From: Camelus dromedarius
Taxonomy: Eukaryota
Assembly: GCF_036321535.1 (NCBI RefSeq)
Contig: NC_087436.1
Location: 372,001-436,000, forward strand
DNA: 64,000 nucleotides
Direction: 5' to 3'
In this document: positions 51,751 through 64,000 of the stretch, piece by piece
Layout: each line of letters starts with the position of its first letter
How positions within the stretch are numbered: position 1 is the stretch's first letter
The notes under the pieces: generated by a model
What the model saw: only the letters and a program-made list of their open reading frames with translations
Databases searched by the model: none
Told to the model about the DNA's origin: nothing
Translations under genes and position numbers: made by a program

Positions 51751-53947
51751 AGCAGCATCGTTTTTCCTAGTAACATACGCTGGTTGACTGCTTTCAGCTT
51801 CAGTAATTCCATCTTATCTGTGGGCACTTTTCTTCTGGTGGGGCTTTATGTGGTTTGCACACATGATAATAGAGATTTGTACTTGGGAGAACTCCAGGCC
51901 TCGTGTAGTTCCTGGAACAGAGTGCCCACTGAGTTGATGCTTGAACTGGGAAAAAAGCAGAGTAAGTGTTGGAATTTGCACAATGGTTGAGACTTCCAGG
52001 TTTCTATAACCTGTTTAGCCCACATTAATATTGGCTGCACCCATACTGGGTAATTTGGTGGAACTTCATGTTATGGTGGTGTAGAGACAGGGCCTTGTAT
52101 GCTTATTCTCTTTCCTTTTTCTAACACTCATTCTCCTGGGTCTCCCAGATCCTCCCCCAGCAGTGCCCAGGGCTGGCTTGATGCTGCGCTGAAGCAATAA
52201 TTGTTAATAAGGCCCTTTCCTCATCTCTTCTGAACTTCCGTTTCTTTCTCTGCACAATGAGGGCTTAGACTAGATAAGTGCTTTTCAGTTTCTTTTAAAG
52301 CCATGTTTCCTTTGAGAAACAGAAAATGCAAATCTCTCCTCCCATCCCAACCCTTTAGATTTTGATATGTCCTCCAGGGAGTGACATAGCTCTTTGTGGA
52401 AAATTGATGTGATTGTGATTCCAGGTGGCACAGAAAAGACTCTTCAGAAATTTATTGCAGGGAGAGGGCAGGAAAGGGGCAGCGTGTCACACTTTCTAGT
52501 GTGAGCACTGGAACAGGGACTTGGGTTTAAATACGGTGTCTGAGGTGGCCTCTAATCTTGTACAATATGATAAACTTCTCTACCTCAGTTTCTTAATGTG
52601 TCAAGTTGGGGTGATAATATTTTAAGGCTTTTGTGAAACATTATACACATAAGCCATCTGTGTCTCGGTAGAAACAAGACCTGCTAGGGAGTCAGGGATT
52701 TCTTTAAGAAAAAATCTTGTCCATAGCACTCTGTCGGTGTGTATTTTGAATTACCTGGAGGGCGAGGGTTGAGTCTAAAGTCCATCGTGGGGCAGGTGGC
52801 CGATAGTTCTCTGTGCCCCAGATTGCCCCCTCCTCCCCAGTCCTCTTCCTCAGTCCAGGATGAAGTTCCCTAGTAGATTTACACAGAGGTCTTGTGGAAA
52901 TGGCTTTTCATTTTATTGTTTCACGAAGGAGGGCTGCCATCATGATCTCTGTGGTCAGGTTTTGGTGACCTGAAGGCTATGCAATTGGGGGTTTCTATTA
53001 AATAAAAAAATATTACAAATAGAAAATTAGAACAAGGGTGGTGACAGGGGCTCTTGGAAGTGGGGACCATTAGCTTTGTTAGCTTCAGGTGTAGTGGCCT
53101 TTGGCCACGAGGACCCATCCTCGTGCTCTGAAGTTGGAGGGATTAGTGGGTTCAGTGGGAATGTTAACTGAGTGTATCTCATGGGCTAGGCATTGTCGTA
53201 CTTGTACTGTGTGTTCCTTATTTGAGACAATGAGCTCATTTAACCTCAATAGCCTCTTTAAAATATTAGACTTTTTATTTTGAGATGTAATGTAGGTTCC
53301 CCTGTACTTGTAGGAGATAATATGCGGAGGACCTATGGACACTTTGCCCAATTTTCCTTAATGGTTCCATCTTGCAAAGTTGGGGTACAATTCATTACTG
53401 ACTTACTAACCCTTTCAGGTTTGTGTTATTGCCCTCATTTCTATCTATGATTAAACTGGGGCTTAGAGAAGCACACAGGCCTGCCCAGGTCACCCACATG
53501 TTTAGTGTGTAGTCGGGTGTAACGTGGGCTTGGGATTTCCAGGAAGTACCATTATGATGGTCTGTGGCAGGGAGCAGCATTCACTTTGCTTGTTTATTCA
53601 TTCATTGAACATTTATTGAGTAACCTCTGTGGGTCAGATGCTTTCACAGGCTTATCTGATTCTTCAGCAGTACTGAGAATCAAGTATTGTTTTGTTTTTT
53701 TAATCTGAGAAAATTAGCTCTGAGAGTTTATAACACCCCTCAAAGGAAATATAGCTCATAAAGGAGGGATAGTAAATTTGTACAGTCCCCCCTCTTTATG
53801 CAGGTGGTACCCTAGGCAATTTACATTTGCAAACTTCCGTAATCCAGATATATTCTTGTAAGGCAGGGATTTTTTTTTAATTGAAGTATAGTCGTTTACA
53901 ATGTTGTGTCAATTGCAAGGTGTTTTTTGAATTTTGAATTAAAAAAT

Positions 53948-54074
53948 ATTTTTTGAGAAGGGTAATTAGGTTTATTCATTTGTTTCATTTTTTAAAATGA
54001 GGTACAGGGGATTGAACCCAGGACCTCGTACATGCTATGTATGTGCTCTACCACTGAACTGTACCCTCTTCCCC
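53948..54074 (-). mobile_element. tRNA-Ala-derived SINE (Vic-1-like)
   Basis: - strand ggggaagagggtacagttcagtggtagagc...gaggtcctgggttcaatcccc (A and B boxes) with A-rich tail. Confidence 0.85.
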
Positions 54075-54507
54075 AAGGCAAGTTTTCTTATCCATTATTC
54101 TGCAGTTAAGGAGTTCAAATAAATTGGTGTTGAAATCCAGATCTTTTGATCCTACTGCGGTTCTTTTCTTTATAATCTGCTGAAGGGGGGTGGGGAAAGC
54201 AGTTCCTTTGTTCATTTCTTTATTCAGCAGTGTTGAGCACTGACTTTGCATCAGGGTCTTGCTAGGTGCTTGGAAACAGTAAACAAGAGATGACCCTTCT
54301 GTGCAGGGGCAGGAAGCCTAGACCAAAAGCTGGGTAATGTGATTCGAGCTACGGTATCCATGTACAGACTCTGAGGACAAACTGTACCCCCGGCTTTGCT
54401 TGTGCTTCCCTTTCCTTCTGGCTGGTACACACCAGGTCACCGCAACCCAGAGGCGCCCGCAGCCCACAGCACAGTATTTACCTCGATCTCCTCTCCCCTC
54501 TCTGCAG

Positions 54508-55079
54508 GGCCTGCAACATGAGCATCCCTGACTACGTGCAGTGTGCTGAGGAATACGAGACTCTCCCCGTGGTCTTCCAACCCGTGGGGATCATTTCAGA
54601 CGACAATTTCTTTTGCATCTATAAACGAATCTCCTTGGTGAGCCAGATCAGCCCGTGCGGCTCCCAGTGGGCACTCTGTATCCACTACAGGCACCACTAT
54701 GCGTTCGAGAATGCGTGGAGTGACTTCCAGACCCACCGCACGGTCGTGGGCCTTGTCACCATTACCGACTGCCTCTCGGCCAAGGCCTTCGAGAAGCTCC
54801 ATGTGCAGAGGAGCTGTATGGCACCTCGCTTAATGACTCTCAGCTCTTTGTCTTTGTGCTGCATGGGGAGGTAGCCGAGCAGCCGCGCACCGACGTGGAC
54901 TTCAAACTACGAGGACTGCAGGATGGTGGAGAAGAGGATCAAGGACTTCACTGAGTCACTCTTCATCTTGCTCAAGTCCAAGTGGCTGGATGGGACCCCA
55001 ACAAGTCTGGGGAAAGGATCCCCCTCCTCTGCACCTTGTTTGAGAAGGAGGACTTCATGGGACTGGACACAGACAGCAG
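54508..55079 (+). pseudogene. TRAPPC9: TRAPPC9 (NIBP) first coding exon, duplicated unprocessed pseudogene copy
   Basis: [38 protein letters not shown]...[17 protein letters not shown] matches the recalled TRAPPC9 N-terminus ([38 protein letters not shown]). Homology continues across frameshifts to ...[11 protein letters not shown]. Acceptor ctctctgcag|, ATG at 54518, donor CAG|gtaagt. Frameshifts near 54809, 54903 and 55000; stop at 54872-54874. Confidence 0.96.
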
Positions 55080-55315
55080 GTAAGTCTACCTGGAGGCCCG
55101 GCCACCCTGGCTGTGTGCCGGGTTCCTTCCCTACATCCAGGAAGGGATCAGCAAGGAAGAGGGCTGTCTTGTACCCAAGGGCGGAGGGAGGTGCAGCCCG
55201 ACGGTTTACAGACATTTAAAAGTGAATCTGCCTTTGTTTCAGAGAGATCCTTTTAGGGTCAGTGTGGAGACTTCCTCCAGCTTTTCAGCCAGGACCCCTG
55301 GTGGGACCCCTGGAG

Positions 55316-55642
55316 TTGCTGTCCAATAGAGTAGCCACAGCCACTGATGCTATGAGCGCTGGGGAAGAGGCTGGTCTGAGCTGAGATGTGCTGTAGGTCA
55401 AATGCACATCAGACGCTGAGACTTGTCTAGTAAAAAGTATGTAAACTATCTTGTTACTTTCATATATTGATTACATGTCAAAATGATACTATTTTACATA
55501 CAGCAGATTAAGTAAGATCTGTTCTTAAAATCAGTTTCTAGTATCTGTTTTTTGTTTGTTTGATTGGTTCTTTGTTTACCGTTTTAAATGTGGCAACTGA
55601 AGCTTTCTTTAAATGGCTCTCATTTCAATTTTGTTAGGCAGC
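55316..55642. mobile_element. MER33/MER3-like hAT-Charlie element
   Basis: gctgtccaatag..tagccac...tgagatgtgctgta...ttaaatgtggc. Confidence 0.7.
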
Positions 55643-58600
55643 CTGTCCTGGGACATTCTCATCCCTTTGCTTATAGATGAGATGCTGAATCCCGAGAGGC
55701 CGAACGAGTCACTGGTTGTGCTGGGTCTGGAGCCGGTGTCTCCTGCCTCCCAGGCCCAGCACCTGCTGGGTTCAGGCCCTCTCTTCCTCCCCGACAGCCA
55801 TCATGCCAAGTTAGGACATCAGAAACACCTCCAGGGAATTCCGGATGAACTCCTTATGCAGGGAAAGGCGTATCACGGAGTATGAGACAAAGCAGGGAAA
55901 GATTCATCCTCACTTTGTCCCTGTGATTAAGTCAACGGCCCCACTTTTGCCTTGGAAGTGCAGACGAGCTCTCCTGGGCTTACTACCCCCCACCTTCTGC
56001 TCTGTTTCCCCGTGTATCTATCATGCTTTCCCTCGGTCAGAAGAGGTGAGATGCCTTTGCCCAGAAGTCGTCCCCCTTTGCTGGGGAGATTGAGGGAAGC
56101 TGTGCCCCCACGGCCAACGGCCTCGGGCCTTGAGTCTGGAGGGCACTCATGGCGGTACCACAGGTGACGGTCGGAGGACCTGGCACGTGCTGCCGGGCCC
56201 GCTGTGGAGGCAGTGCTCTGTGATTCATGAACTTACCTAAGATCAAATCCTACTTTCTGGTTGTTGGTAAGTTGGAGGAGAAAATGCCAGAGAATTGATA
56301 AAAAGAAAGTCCAGACCAGCCCTGTGAGTGAGAGGCACACGGGGCCCGAGTCCCACTTGCGTGTGGTGCCTGGCGGGCTCTGGATGAATTTTCTGTTCCT
56401 CCCGGACATACCTCTATGACTTTAGTAATGGGTGAGACATGTAGTGGCCATGATCTGTATTTGTCCTCGCAGGGCCCTGTGATCTACACGCCCGCACCCC
56501 CTTCTGCTCCTTGGGGATGAGGTGGCAGGTTTAGGTGCTTGGGCACTGCTATGGGCACAGCTGCCAGCATAGGGCTACACCGAGGCTGGCTCCGTTCACC
56601 TCAAATGTCACCTCCTGCTGAGCCCCCAGGCTTTAGTCAAGGTAGCTGCATCAGTGCAACGTAAGCAGGGACCATGTTCTCTCCCTGGACAGACTGGTGG
56701 GTGAGCAGTGGAAGCCTGGAGTCCTGCCCAAGCCCCATGGCTAGTGCCTCCTCTTTGTCATAGGAGGCACTGGTGACATTTTTGCTCAGCAACTGTTTGG
56801 TTCTGAGTCTCCAGACCCACCAGAGAATGCCAGCTTGTTTTTGCCTTTTCAACTCTGCCCTTGGGATTTGGCGGAGTAGCTGGATGTGTGCTTAGCCCAT
56901 AGTGTTGACACTGTCACCATTGTTTACCCAGAACCTCGTGTACCAGGCATGGCTCTCGGCATCAAAATACAGCAGCCAATTAAACTCCCTCCTGATGGAT
57001 CTGTCTGTTTTGGTACCATAAGGGTTTAGCCAGCATCTGAACGTCAGTGAGATAACGCGGCCAGTGAGCTCGGGTCAAGCACGTTCTCCTCCAGTCACTT
57101 TTACTCCATTGTTGCTTTTACTATTCCACAGTCATTAATTTTTAAAACAATGCTTTGGTGCAGGAGCAGAGACTAATTCTCTCCTGCTACTCTCGTTGGG
57201 AGTGAGTAAAACTGTCCAGCCTGTAATGCGACCACATTTTGTGGCTTAAAAGCTGCCTAGATGCATGTATGTGGAGTTTTGGTTAGGGGCACTGACGACG
57301 TTGGGATCCCCAAGCAGCGTTGCTCCCCTCAGGCCCCTGCCTTCCCTGGAGCAGGAGGTGAGGGTGGGTCTCACCATCCCCGCGTTCCTGGCCTCACGCA
57401 CTCACGTAAATTCTTGTACTTGCTGTCAAAGTCATTCTTGTTCTTGTGTGTTTCTAATTTTCGCTTGTTCCTCTTTTCCTTTTTCTTTATTCCTTTTTCT
57501 CTTGTACCGTGCAGTTGCGTCTGAAAAGGTGGCTGTGCATATCCTGCATTGGAAATAGCTAGATCGCCCTCCGTGCTGTCTCCATTGCTTTAAGGAGCAG
57601 AAACATTTCAGCTGCCTTGATCCATGCATTATCCTAGTCATCTTGTTATTCTCTAATTTTTTGGAATATTGCTTTGTTAGCACATCACCCACTGGTGTTT
57701 GATACCTGTGAAAATCTTTGCTTTGAGGAACCTCTTTGGTCCTCCTTATATTTGGTGACAAATGCACCCTTATTCAATTAGTTTGATTGTTTTGAAGAAG
57801 TGAGATGCGAATTGATTTAGGCGGCTGTTGAGGGATTCTTTTCATGGAGTATTTAATCTTGTCAAGTCAAAGTCTGCAGCATCTTGCTCGATTCCTGCTT
57901 TTACACAAACGTGCTCAGCACGCGGTTCCTGGCTGTCTCTGTGTGAAGTGCGTGACGGCGCTTCCTGACCGGCAGTCACTGGTGAGGAAGCGGCAGGCTC
58001 GGGGGTGAGCAGCTGCAGGGGACATTGTTGGAGGAATCAGTCACCGTTTGGTTATTTTTTTTTTTTGCATTCAACTTCCCCGTGCCATTTACTTTATTTT
58101 TCCTTCATAAAGGGGCAGAAGTGGGTCTAAAATCCATGCCACTCTTTTGTTCCCTTTACGAGGCTGGTTTTTCTGAGTACCAGGACAACATGGCCTTCTT
58201 CTAAGTAGCTGGCTCACATGGATCTGGTGGACACAGGGACTATTAAAGGGACCGTAGCTTCCTCTCTGCTCCAGCCAGTGGGCATTCAGAGCCGGGTCTG
58301 TGGTTTGCCTCAGCAGCCGTGCAGGCCTCCCTGCACCTGCCTTTACTTTTAACCCATGTTGGCATTAAAGAGCTGACTCCATGTTTGTTGCAGCTGACGT
58401 CCCCCACTGACGGCCGTGTCGTTAGTTTGCGGTAGTGAGTCTCCAACCCCAAGTCAGCCATGAAGGAAGATGTTTTGGCCAATCTAAGACCTTGGATTCT
58501 CACCCCTACCCTTGTTCATCTCACCCAGGGGAAGGGTTTGGCCACCACCATCATGCTGATCATGAGGCCTTGTTTCTCCTTTCATGCTCTAGTCCAAATG

Positions 58601-61600
58601 TGGACACTTCATCCTTCACTGACTTGGTCTCGCTTGATACAGGCCAGACATTCTGAAAGAGTCCATCACATTCTCGGGGGGAACAGAACAGAAGTAAGTC
58701 TCGCAAGTAGAAGGAGTCTAGGCTGTCCGGGTTGGCAAATGCAGGCTGGGATCTGTGATTGGTGGGCTGTGCCCTGGACACAGGTCTTTCCCGTGGCTCA
58801 CGAGCGCCCAGGGGTCGGAGTGAAGACAGCCTTGCTTGGGCTTCTCCATCCTCATCTGCTCAGTGGCAAGTGTGTCTGCTAATAGGAGCTCCAACAGACC
58901 TCGGGACCTTCAAAGCTCAGATCACGGGAGAACTTTGAGTCCCTTCTCCAGGGCCTCCTTTGTGAGAATCCAGTGCCTTCTGAGGTGACCGGTGGCAGGA
59001 GATGCCTCCCCCTCCAGGGAGCACCCTTCGGAGGACTGTGACTCAGTGCACCTTGCTGTGAGCTTGTGGGGATCCGGCCGTCGTCCCTGCAGAACCAGTC
59101 TTGAGATGGGCTTAGCGACGGAAATGACAGGACTAATAATCCAGGCCAGGGCTGGAGGGAGGGAACAGGGGAAATTGAATGTGACCTCAAACACCTAGGT
59201 GAGTGCTGGGTCTGTTACTAAAATGGGGAGCATGGGAGGTACCTTCCATAAATTGAATTCCAGAGTAAATCTTGGACATGAGGCATTTTTAAGATGCGAT
59301 TTTTCGTCCAAGTTTGGACTTCATAGAGGCACTCGGGTCAATGAGCCTGGGGCTGAGTTGAAGGAGCCGGACTAGAGATACACGTTGGGAGTCGTCATTC
59401 TTAGCTGGTGTTCACAGCCGCGCATGTGAATTAGATCATCTTGAGAGCTGCAGACTGAGGCTGAGGGGGGGCAGGGCTGTGCCTGGGTTGGAGGAAAGCC
59501 CAGACCATGCAGCTTTCGTGTGTCAGTCAGCGGCGTTTGGGATTTTCAGGGCAATGTCATTTATCCTTAAGGGGCCGGGGGGTGGGCAGGGCCAGTCAGG
59601 AAGAAATCTGAATGGAGGGTCGTGGCCACGTGTGTGTCTTGGGAAGTTGCAGAGTCTGCAGGGTCCGGGAGGGTAGACTCCTCAGAAGCTGGAGTTGGAT
59701 TGGGGCGTGGGTTGAAGATAGTCACACTAACATATCAGGGAGGGAAGAAGGCCTAGGGAGTCCCCGCTCTTCCTGACTCGCTTTCCAATGAACAGAAGGC
59801 AGACAGAGGATCTGAGGTGAGAAGGGATGGGCGCTGGGAGAGGAGCCAACCTGGAGAATGGTGCTTGAAAAATTCTGGAATAGTCTCCCTGCAAAATAGA
59901 GGTTAAAAAAATCCAGAGTCTTAAGAACATTGATAGTGACTGGGGAGGAGGCAGTTGTTTTTCTGGCCTCCTAAGGGTAAGGCATGTATCCAGGGATACA
60001 CAGAATATTCGGGCAGTCTATTCCGGGCATTTGGTACCGGGTAAACAGCACAAGTTTAAAGGGGGACAAGGGCAGCGGAGGGAAACTAGCCAGGCCCCGT
60101 GTCAGGTACCAGTCGGCCGCCCTACTTGCGTGTTGCATTCACATCCATGCCTCCCAGGTGGGCGGTGGCAGCCCCCTTTTGCGGATTGGCAAGCCTTCTC
60201 AGAGGGGTTAAGTTATTGGTCCATTTAGAGGGTAGTAAATGCTGTAACAGGATTCAAGCAGGGTCTTGTCAGACTTCAAGGGTGTGTTTTCTCTACTAAT
60301 TCCGGTACCTCACTGTTGTACGTAAAATTGTGAAGTGGGTCAGTTTTGGGGCCTTTCAGAAAAAGTACGATTTAAATGCCTCAGGACTGATTCACAAAGC
60401 TCTGTGTTCTTTGATTGTTCTGAAGCACCGCAGTGTTTTACGCCCCACAGAGGTAAGGTCTTACTCCTTTGACGATGAAGTGGTTGCAAATGATGTACAG
60501 GTTCAAAACCAGACTTAGCAGCTTCTGAAGGGAAACTTTCCAATTCTCCCTTGATAGACTTTCTTCTACGGGATGTAGCTGTGCTGCAGCATAGGCCTGA
60601 GCTGTCCGTATGGATTGTGGGTTTGATATCCAAATTTAGCATAAAACAGTCAGATGAAGAAAATCAACGTTCACAATTTATTTTTGGGTTTCATTAGACA
60701 AGATATACTATCAGGTAATGGCCCATATAGCTAATGAAATTGAGGACAGAACATTGAATTTCTTACTTCTTATTTAGAGTTTTCTTACTGCATAAGTTTG
60801 CCTGCTTTGGAACATCAGCTCCTCCACAAGGGCGCTTGTCAGTTTGTTGGTGTGATTGCATTTACACAGTGAATGTAATCTGGGCTTCCTCAGCCCAAAC
60901 TCTCCAGTGCAGAATCACGGGCTGTAGCCATCTCTTAGTCACGCAAAAACTTCTAAAATTATATGATGCCAGAAAAGAAAGAAGAGAGAGAGAGAGAGAT
61001 TGCCTTTATCAAAATTCCTTTCAATTCTGACTGCAAACTGTTGTTGAGCAGCTCTGGTTTCCTTTGGATATGAATATATACATTTCTTTGCATGTAACCT
61101 GGGTTTTGGACTAGAACACCAAGTCCTTGCTTTCCGCAAGCCACAATAATAGTAGCCAAATTGCACACATGTGAAATATTTTATTATTTTTCTGAGAAAG
61201 AATCCTTGAATTTGGGACTTCAGGTGTTATTTTTGCTTTTTGCTTCTCCCACCCCTCTTGTAATATCTCACTCCTTCCCAAGTGGCCCCCAATAGGTCGT
61301 GGTCCCAAAGGAGCAAGCAAACACCCAGTTGGTCCCCATGCAGTGCTGCTATAGAGGGAGCCCTGCCAAGACCTAAAGGATATTATCAGAGAGGGCTTCC
61401 TGGAAGAAATGGGCTCTACATTCATTTGTGAAGACAGAGTAAGGGTCAGCCAGTAGAAAGCATGAAGACTGTGGCTCATGTGGCAGAGCAGCCCGGGTAG
61501 AGGCCTGGAGGCTTGTGCGGTGGGGACTCGGGGAGAGTGCCATGTGTGGTCCAGGGTTGTGGGTGCCCCTGCTGGGGAGGACACTGATGAGGGCCTGGGG

Positions 61601-62155
61601 TGGAGGGCTTTCGAAGAGCTTGGGTTTTACTAGAACTGACAGAGGAGGCAGTGAAGGGTGTCAGCAGGAAGTGACCCTCAGGAAAGGTACTTCTGGATTT
61701 GCTTCTGATATTCTACAGTAAGAAAGGTCGGGGCGGACGAGAGCAGGTCTTGCTGTCCCTTTGAGACCCACCCCATCATTCATTTATTCATAACATGCAC
61801 ACTTCTGAGTGTCTAGGGGAGAGAGGTTGGACCCACATTAGTAAGCAAAATATTCCTTGGGAGCTTAGCAGTGTCAGAGGTTGACTTAGCCTAGAATGTT
61901 CTAGGAACAGAGGAACAAATTGCGGAGGTTGGAGGGAGGGAAGGCTTCCTTGAGAAACAGTCAAAATGAGCCTGGAGGCAAGTGGGAAGTAGGAGCAGAT
62001 CAGGGGGCCCCTGAGGTCACTGGGGACCTGGGTACTGAGGTGAGGATGGGCGAGCAGGTTCGGGGGTGGGGCTAGAACTCTACCAGGGAGCCTCTGAAGG
62101 GTTTGAAGTGGGGTGATGTAATCAAATTTATGCTTTGGGAAGGCTGCCTTGGCTC

Positions 62156-62158
<3 letters not shown>

Positions 62159-62202
<44 letters not shown>
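62159..62202. repeat. (GT)22 microsatellite
   Basis: Directly visible; paralog at 1439-1463 is shorter and interrupted. Confidence 0.97.
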
Positions 62203-62204
<2 letters not shown>

Positions 62205-63347
62205 CGGGGAAGGGGGGGGTTGCCACCAACTGGGGAGTGACATTAGAAGACCATTCACAGGCTGGGAGGCCACAAGTGGGAGAGGGTCGTTGGGGCTGCT
62301 TGGGGACGGCAGGGGCCGTGTGGATGCCGGATTTCCTTATGGGGAGGGCTTGTTAGCTGGGCCGCCCTTGCGGCGCCTTTTGGCTTGAAGAAAACAGATG
62401 GAGGCCGCCAGGTGGACTTTCCTCTTCTCTTCTTCCCTGCCTTGTGTGATGATCTTAGCTCAGCCAAATTTGGAAGAGAAGAGCTAAGTTCCAGGGTAGC
62501 CCAGGACTTTGTTGAGCTCGTCCGAGTGAGATCTGATAGGATTTATGTTTGTGTTCAGATCTGCATGTTCACTTAGCTAGAAACGTCCTATCTTTTGAAT
62601 TTCCATAGGGGTTTTTACTCTTGATAAAGATTGCTTTCTTGGTGAGAGGAAATTTAATACAGCTGTTGTCTTTCTCAAAAAAATCATATCTTTTAAGAAA
62701 TTTAATATTCAAAAAATAGGAATATTTAAAAATGATAAAGTAAGGCTTTGGTGTAGTTTCTTTGGTTTCCTAGTTAATGTGGACTTAGAGCCTTTGCATT
62801 ACTTAATAGCACATCCTTGTCAGTATTTAAAGGGCTGTTAGCGCCCCAGGCCCCACCTCTCAAAACATCATTAAAGTTTGCTCTGAAATAGTGAGGTCAT
62901 AAAAGTTTTGTTTGCAGAAGCCAAACACTTGGTTTATAATATGAAGCATAGCTCCATTTTTAAAATAATAATAGGTTCAAAATTAAGAAAGTGGAAGATA
63001 ATTGAGTTTTTTAAAAGCTGAAACATAATCTTTCTTGTGCTAATGTTGAACTGGAAATTTCGAAAATAAAAATCCTACTGTAATAACATCTACGTGGAAT
63101 ACATATATGCTTTCCCGTTTGAAAAATAAGTGCGCAGTGGTTTTCGAAGTCAGGAGCATTCCAGCTCAGATACTGGCATTGATGGTTGCTGGTTTTCAAT
63201 GGCAGAGCCTAAATTTGCCTTCTTAGCTTTTTTTTTTTTTTTGTAGTGAGAGGGTTGAGTAGTGCTTTGCCAGCATGATTTTGGGGCAATTTGGGGGCAG
63301 ATGTTGTGAACCAGCAGTGAGATATTTCCATGCATTTTATTTTCTGG

Positions 63348-63468
63348 ACATCACCAAGGCACATGTGGGGTTTGTGCCTGCAGGCTGGGATGCTGTAGGA
63401 CTCCCTGGTCCATCACAGTTTTGTCCTGGAGCTGCTCCGGTCAGTGAATGATTTTCTGTGGCTTCGAG
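63348..63468 (+). pseudogene. TRAPPC9: TRAPPC9 exon 3 remnant, copy B
   Basis: [31 protein letters not shown] with an in-frame TAG; acceptor ttttctgg; donor gtaagg; same 121-nt length as copy A. Confidence 0.93.
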
Positions 63469-64000
63469 GTAAGGTGGTCTGATGCACATGATCAGATGTG
63501 TAGTTAAAGTGCTATTACATGAAATAAGAGAAACCTAGAAACATGAGGGAGGAGAATTGGCTGAGCTGATATCGGTGGGGAGTCTTCTTAGGTGACTCCC
63601 TCCCCGTGATTCCTGCCAATATCCTCCCCAGCCCTGCACGGTAGTCCTGCCGAAGCAAGCATGCACTTTGCTCAGAAACGGACTGAATTTCCTTGTGCCT
63701 CTGTTTGTTGGCTTTTTTTTTAAAGCACATCTTGCCCTTTGCTTAAATGCCACCCCTGCTAGTCACATCTTACACTCATTCTTCTGGAAGTCGTCCATAT
63801 ATAGCTGCTGAATGGATGAACTGAATGTAGTATCTTCATGTAGTGGAACATTATTCATACGTAAGGGTGAATAAAAAGGAAAAAAAAATAAAGGGGAAGA
63901 TGAAAAAGGCCACCTGTCCTGGGAAGTCCACCCTGACTGCTCAACCCACCCTTTTCCCTTTGAATCCCCACCCCTTATGCTCCACTCTAGTCTTTTTGAT

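Larger units (their letters stand above)
60723..64000 (+). repeat. Segmental duplication, copy B (continues right of the window)
   Basis: Direct-orientation paralog of 1-3294 with the same L2, microsatellite, exon and L1 order. Confidence 0.98.

Noticed and set aside
53990..54074. tRNA-Ala gene
   Set aside because: Diverged multi-copy element with a SINE tail and no intact cloverleaf
54508..55079. Functional TRAPPC9 gene or processed retrocopy
   Set aside because: Frameshifts and a stop argue against a functional gene; retained introns and splice sites argue against a retrocopy
61788..62388. HTHT/VCVC ORFs
   Set aside because: Translation of the (GT)n repeat and L2 sequence
60723..64000. 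Allelic or haplotig assembly artefact
   Set aside because: About 10% divergence with many indels far exceeds allelic levels
1..64000. CRISPR arrays, operons, snoRNA or miRNA clusters
   Set aside because: Mammalian repeat-rich DNA; no regularly spaced short repeats or convincing box C/D or hairpin series seen

Overview
Mammalian genomic DNA, probably camelid (tRNA-Ala-derived SINEs resemble Vic-1; the rest is L1/L2/MIR/ERV1/MER). No intact protein-coding gene is present. The window spans about one unit of a ~60.7-kb direct tandem segmental duplication: 1-3294 recurs at 60723-64000, 85-91% identical in hand-aligned blocks. The unit carries an unprocessed, decayed 5' part of TRAPPC9 (NIBP): CpG-island promoter (~49.4-50.45 kb), first coding exon with both splice sites intact (54508-55079), and the next exon in two copies (2624-2744, 63348-63468), both with the acceptor AG destroyed. 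No further TRAPPC9 exon was recognised. Between ~3.7 and ~48 kb there is instead a series of + strand exon-like segments from an unidentified source, a two-LTR non-coding ERV1 provirus (29058-36266) and several solo LTRs. Working hypothesis: a tandemly amplified mosaic or chimeric transcription unit driven by the TRAPPC9 promoter. TRAPPC9 and repeat-family matches rest on recalled reference sequences, not database searches.
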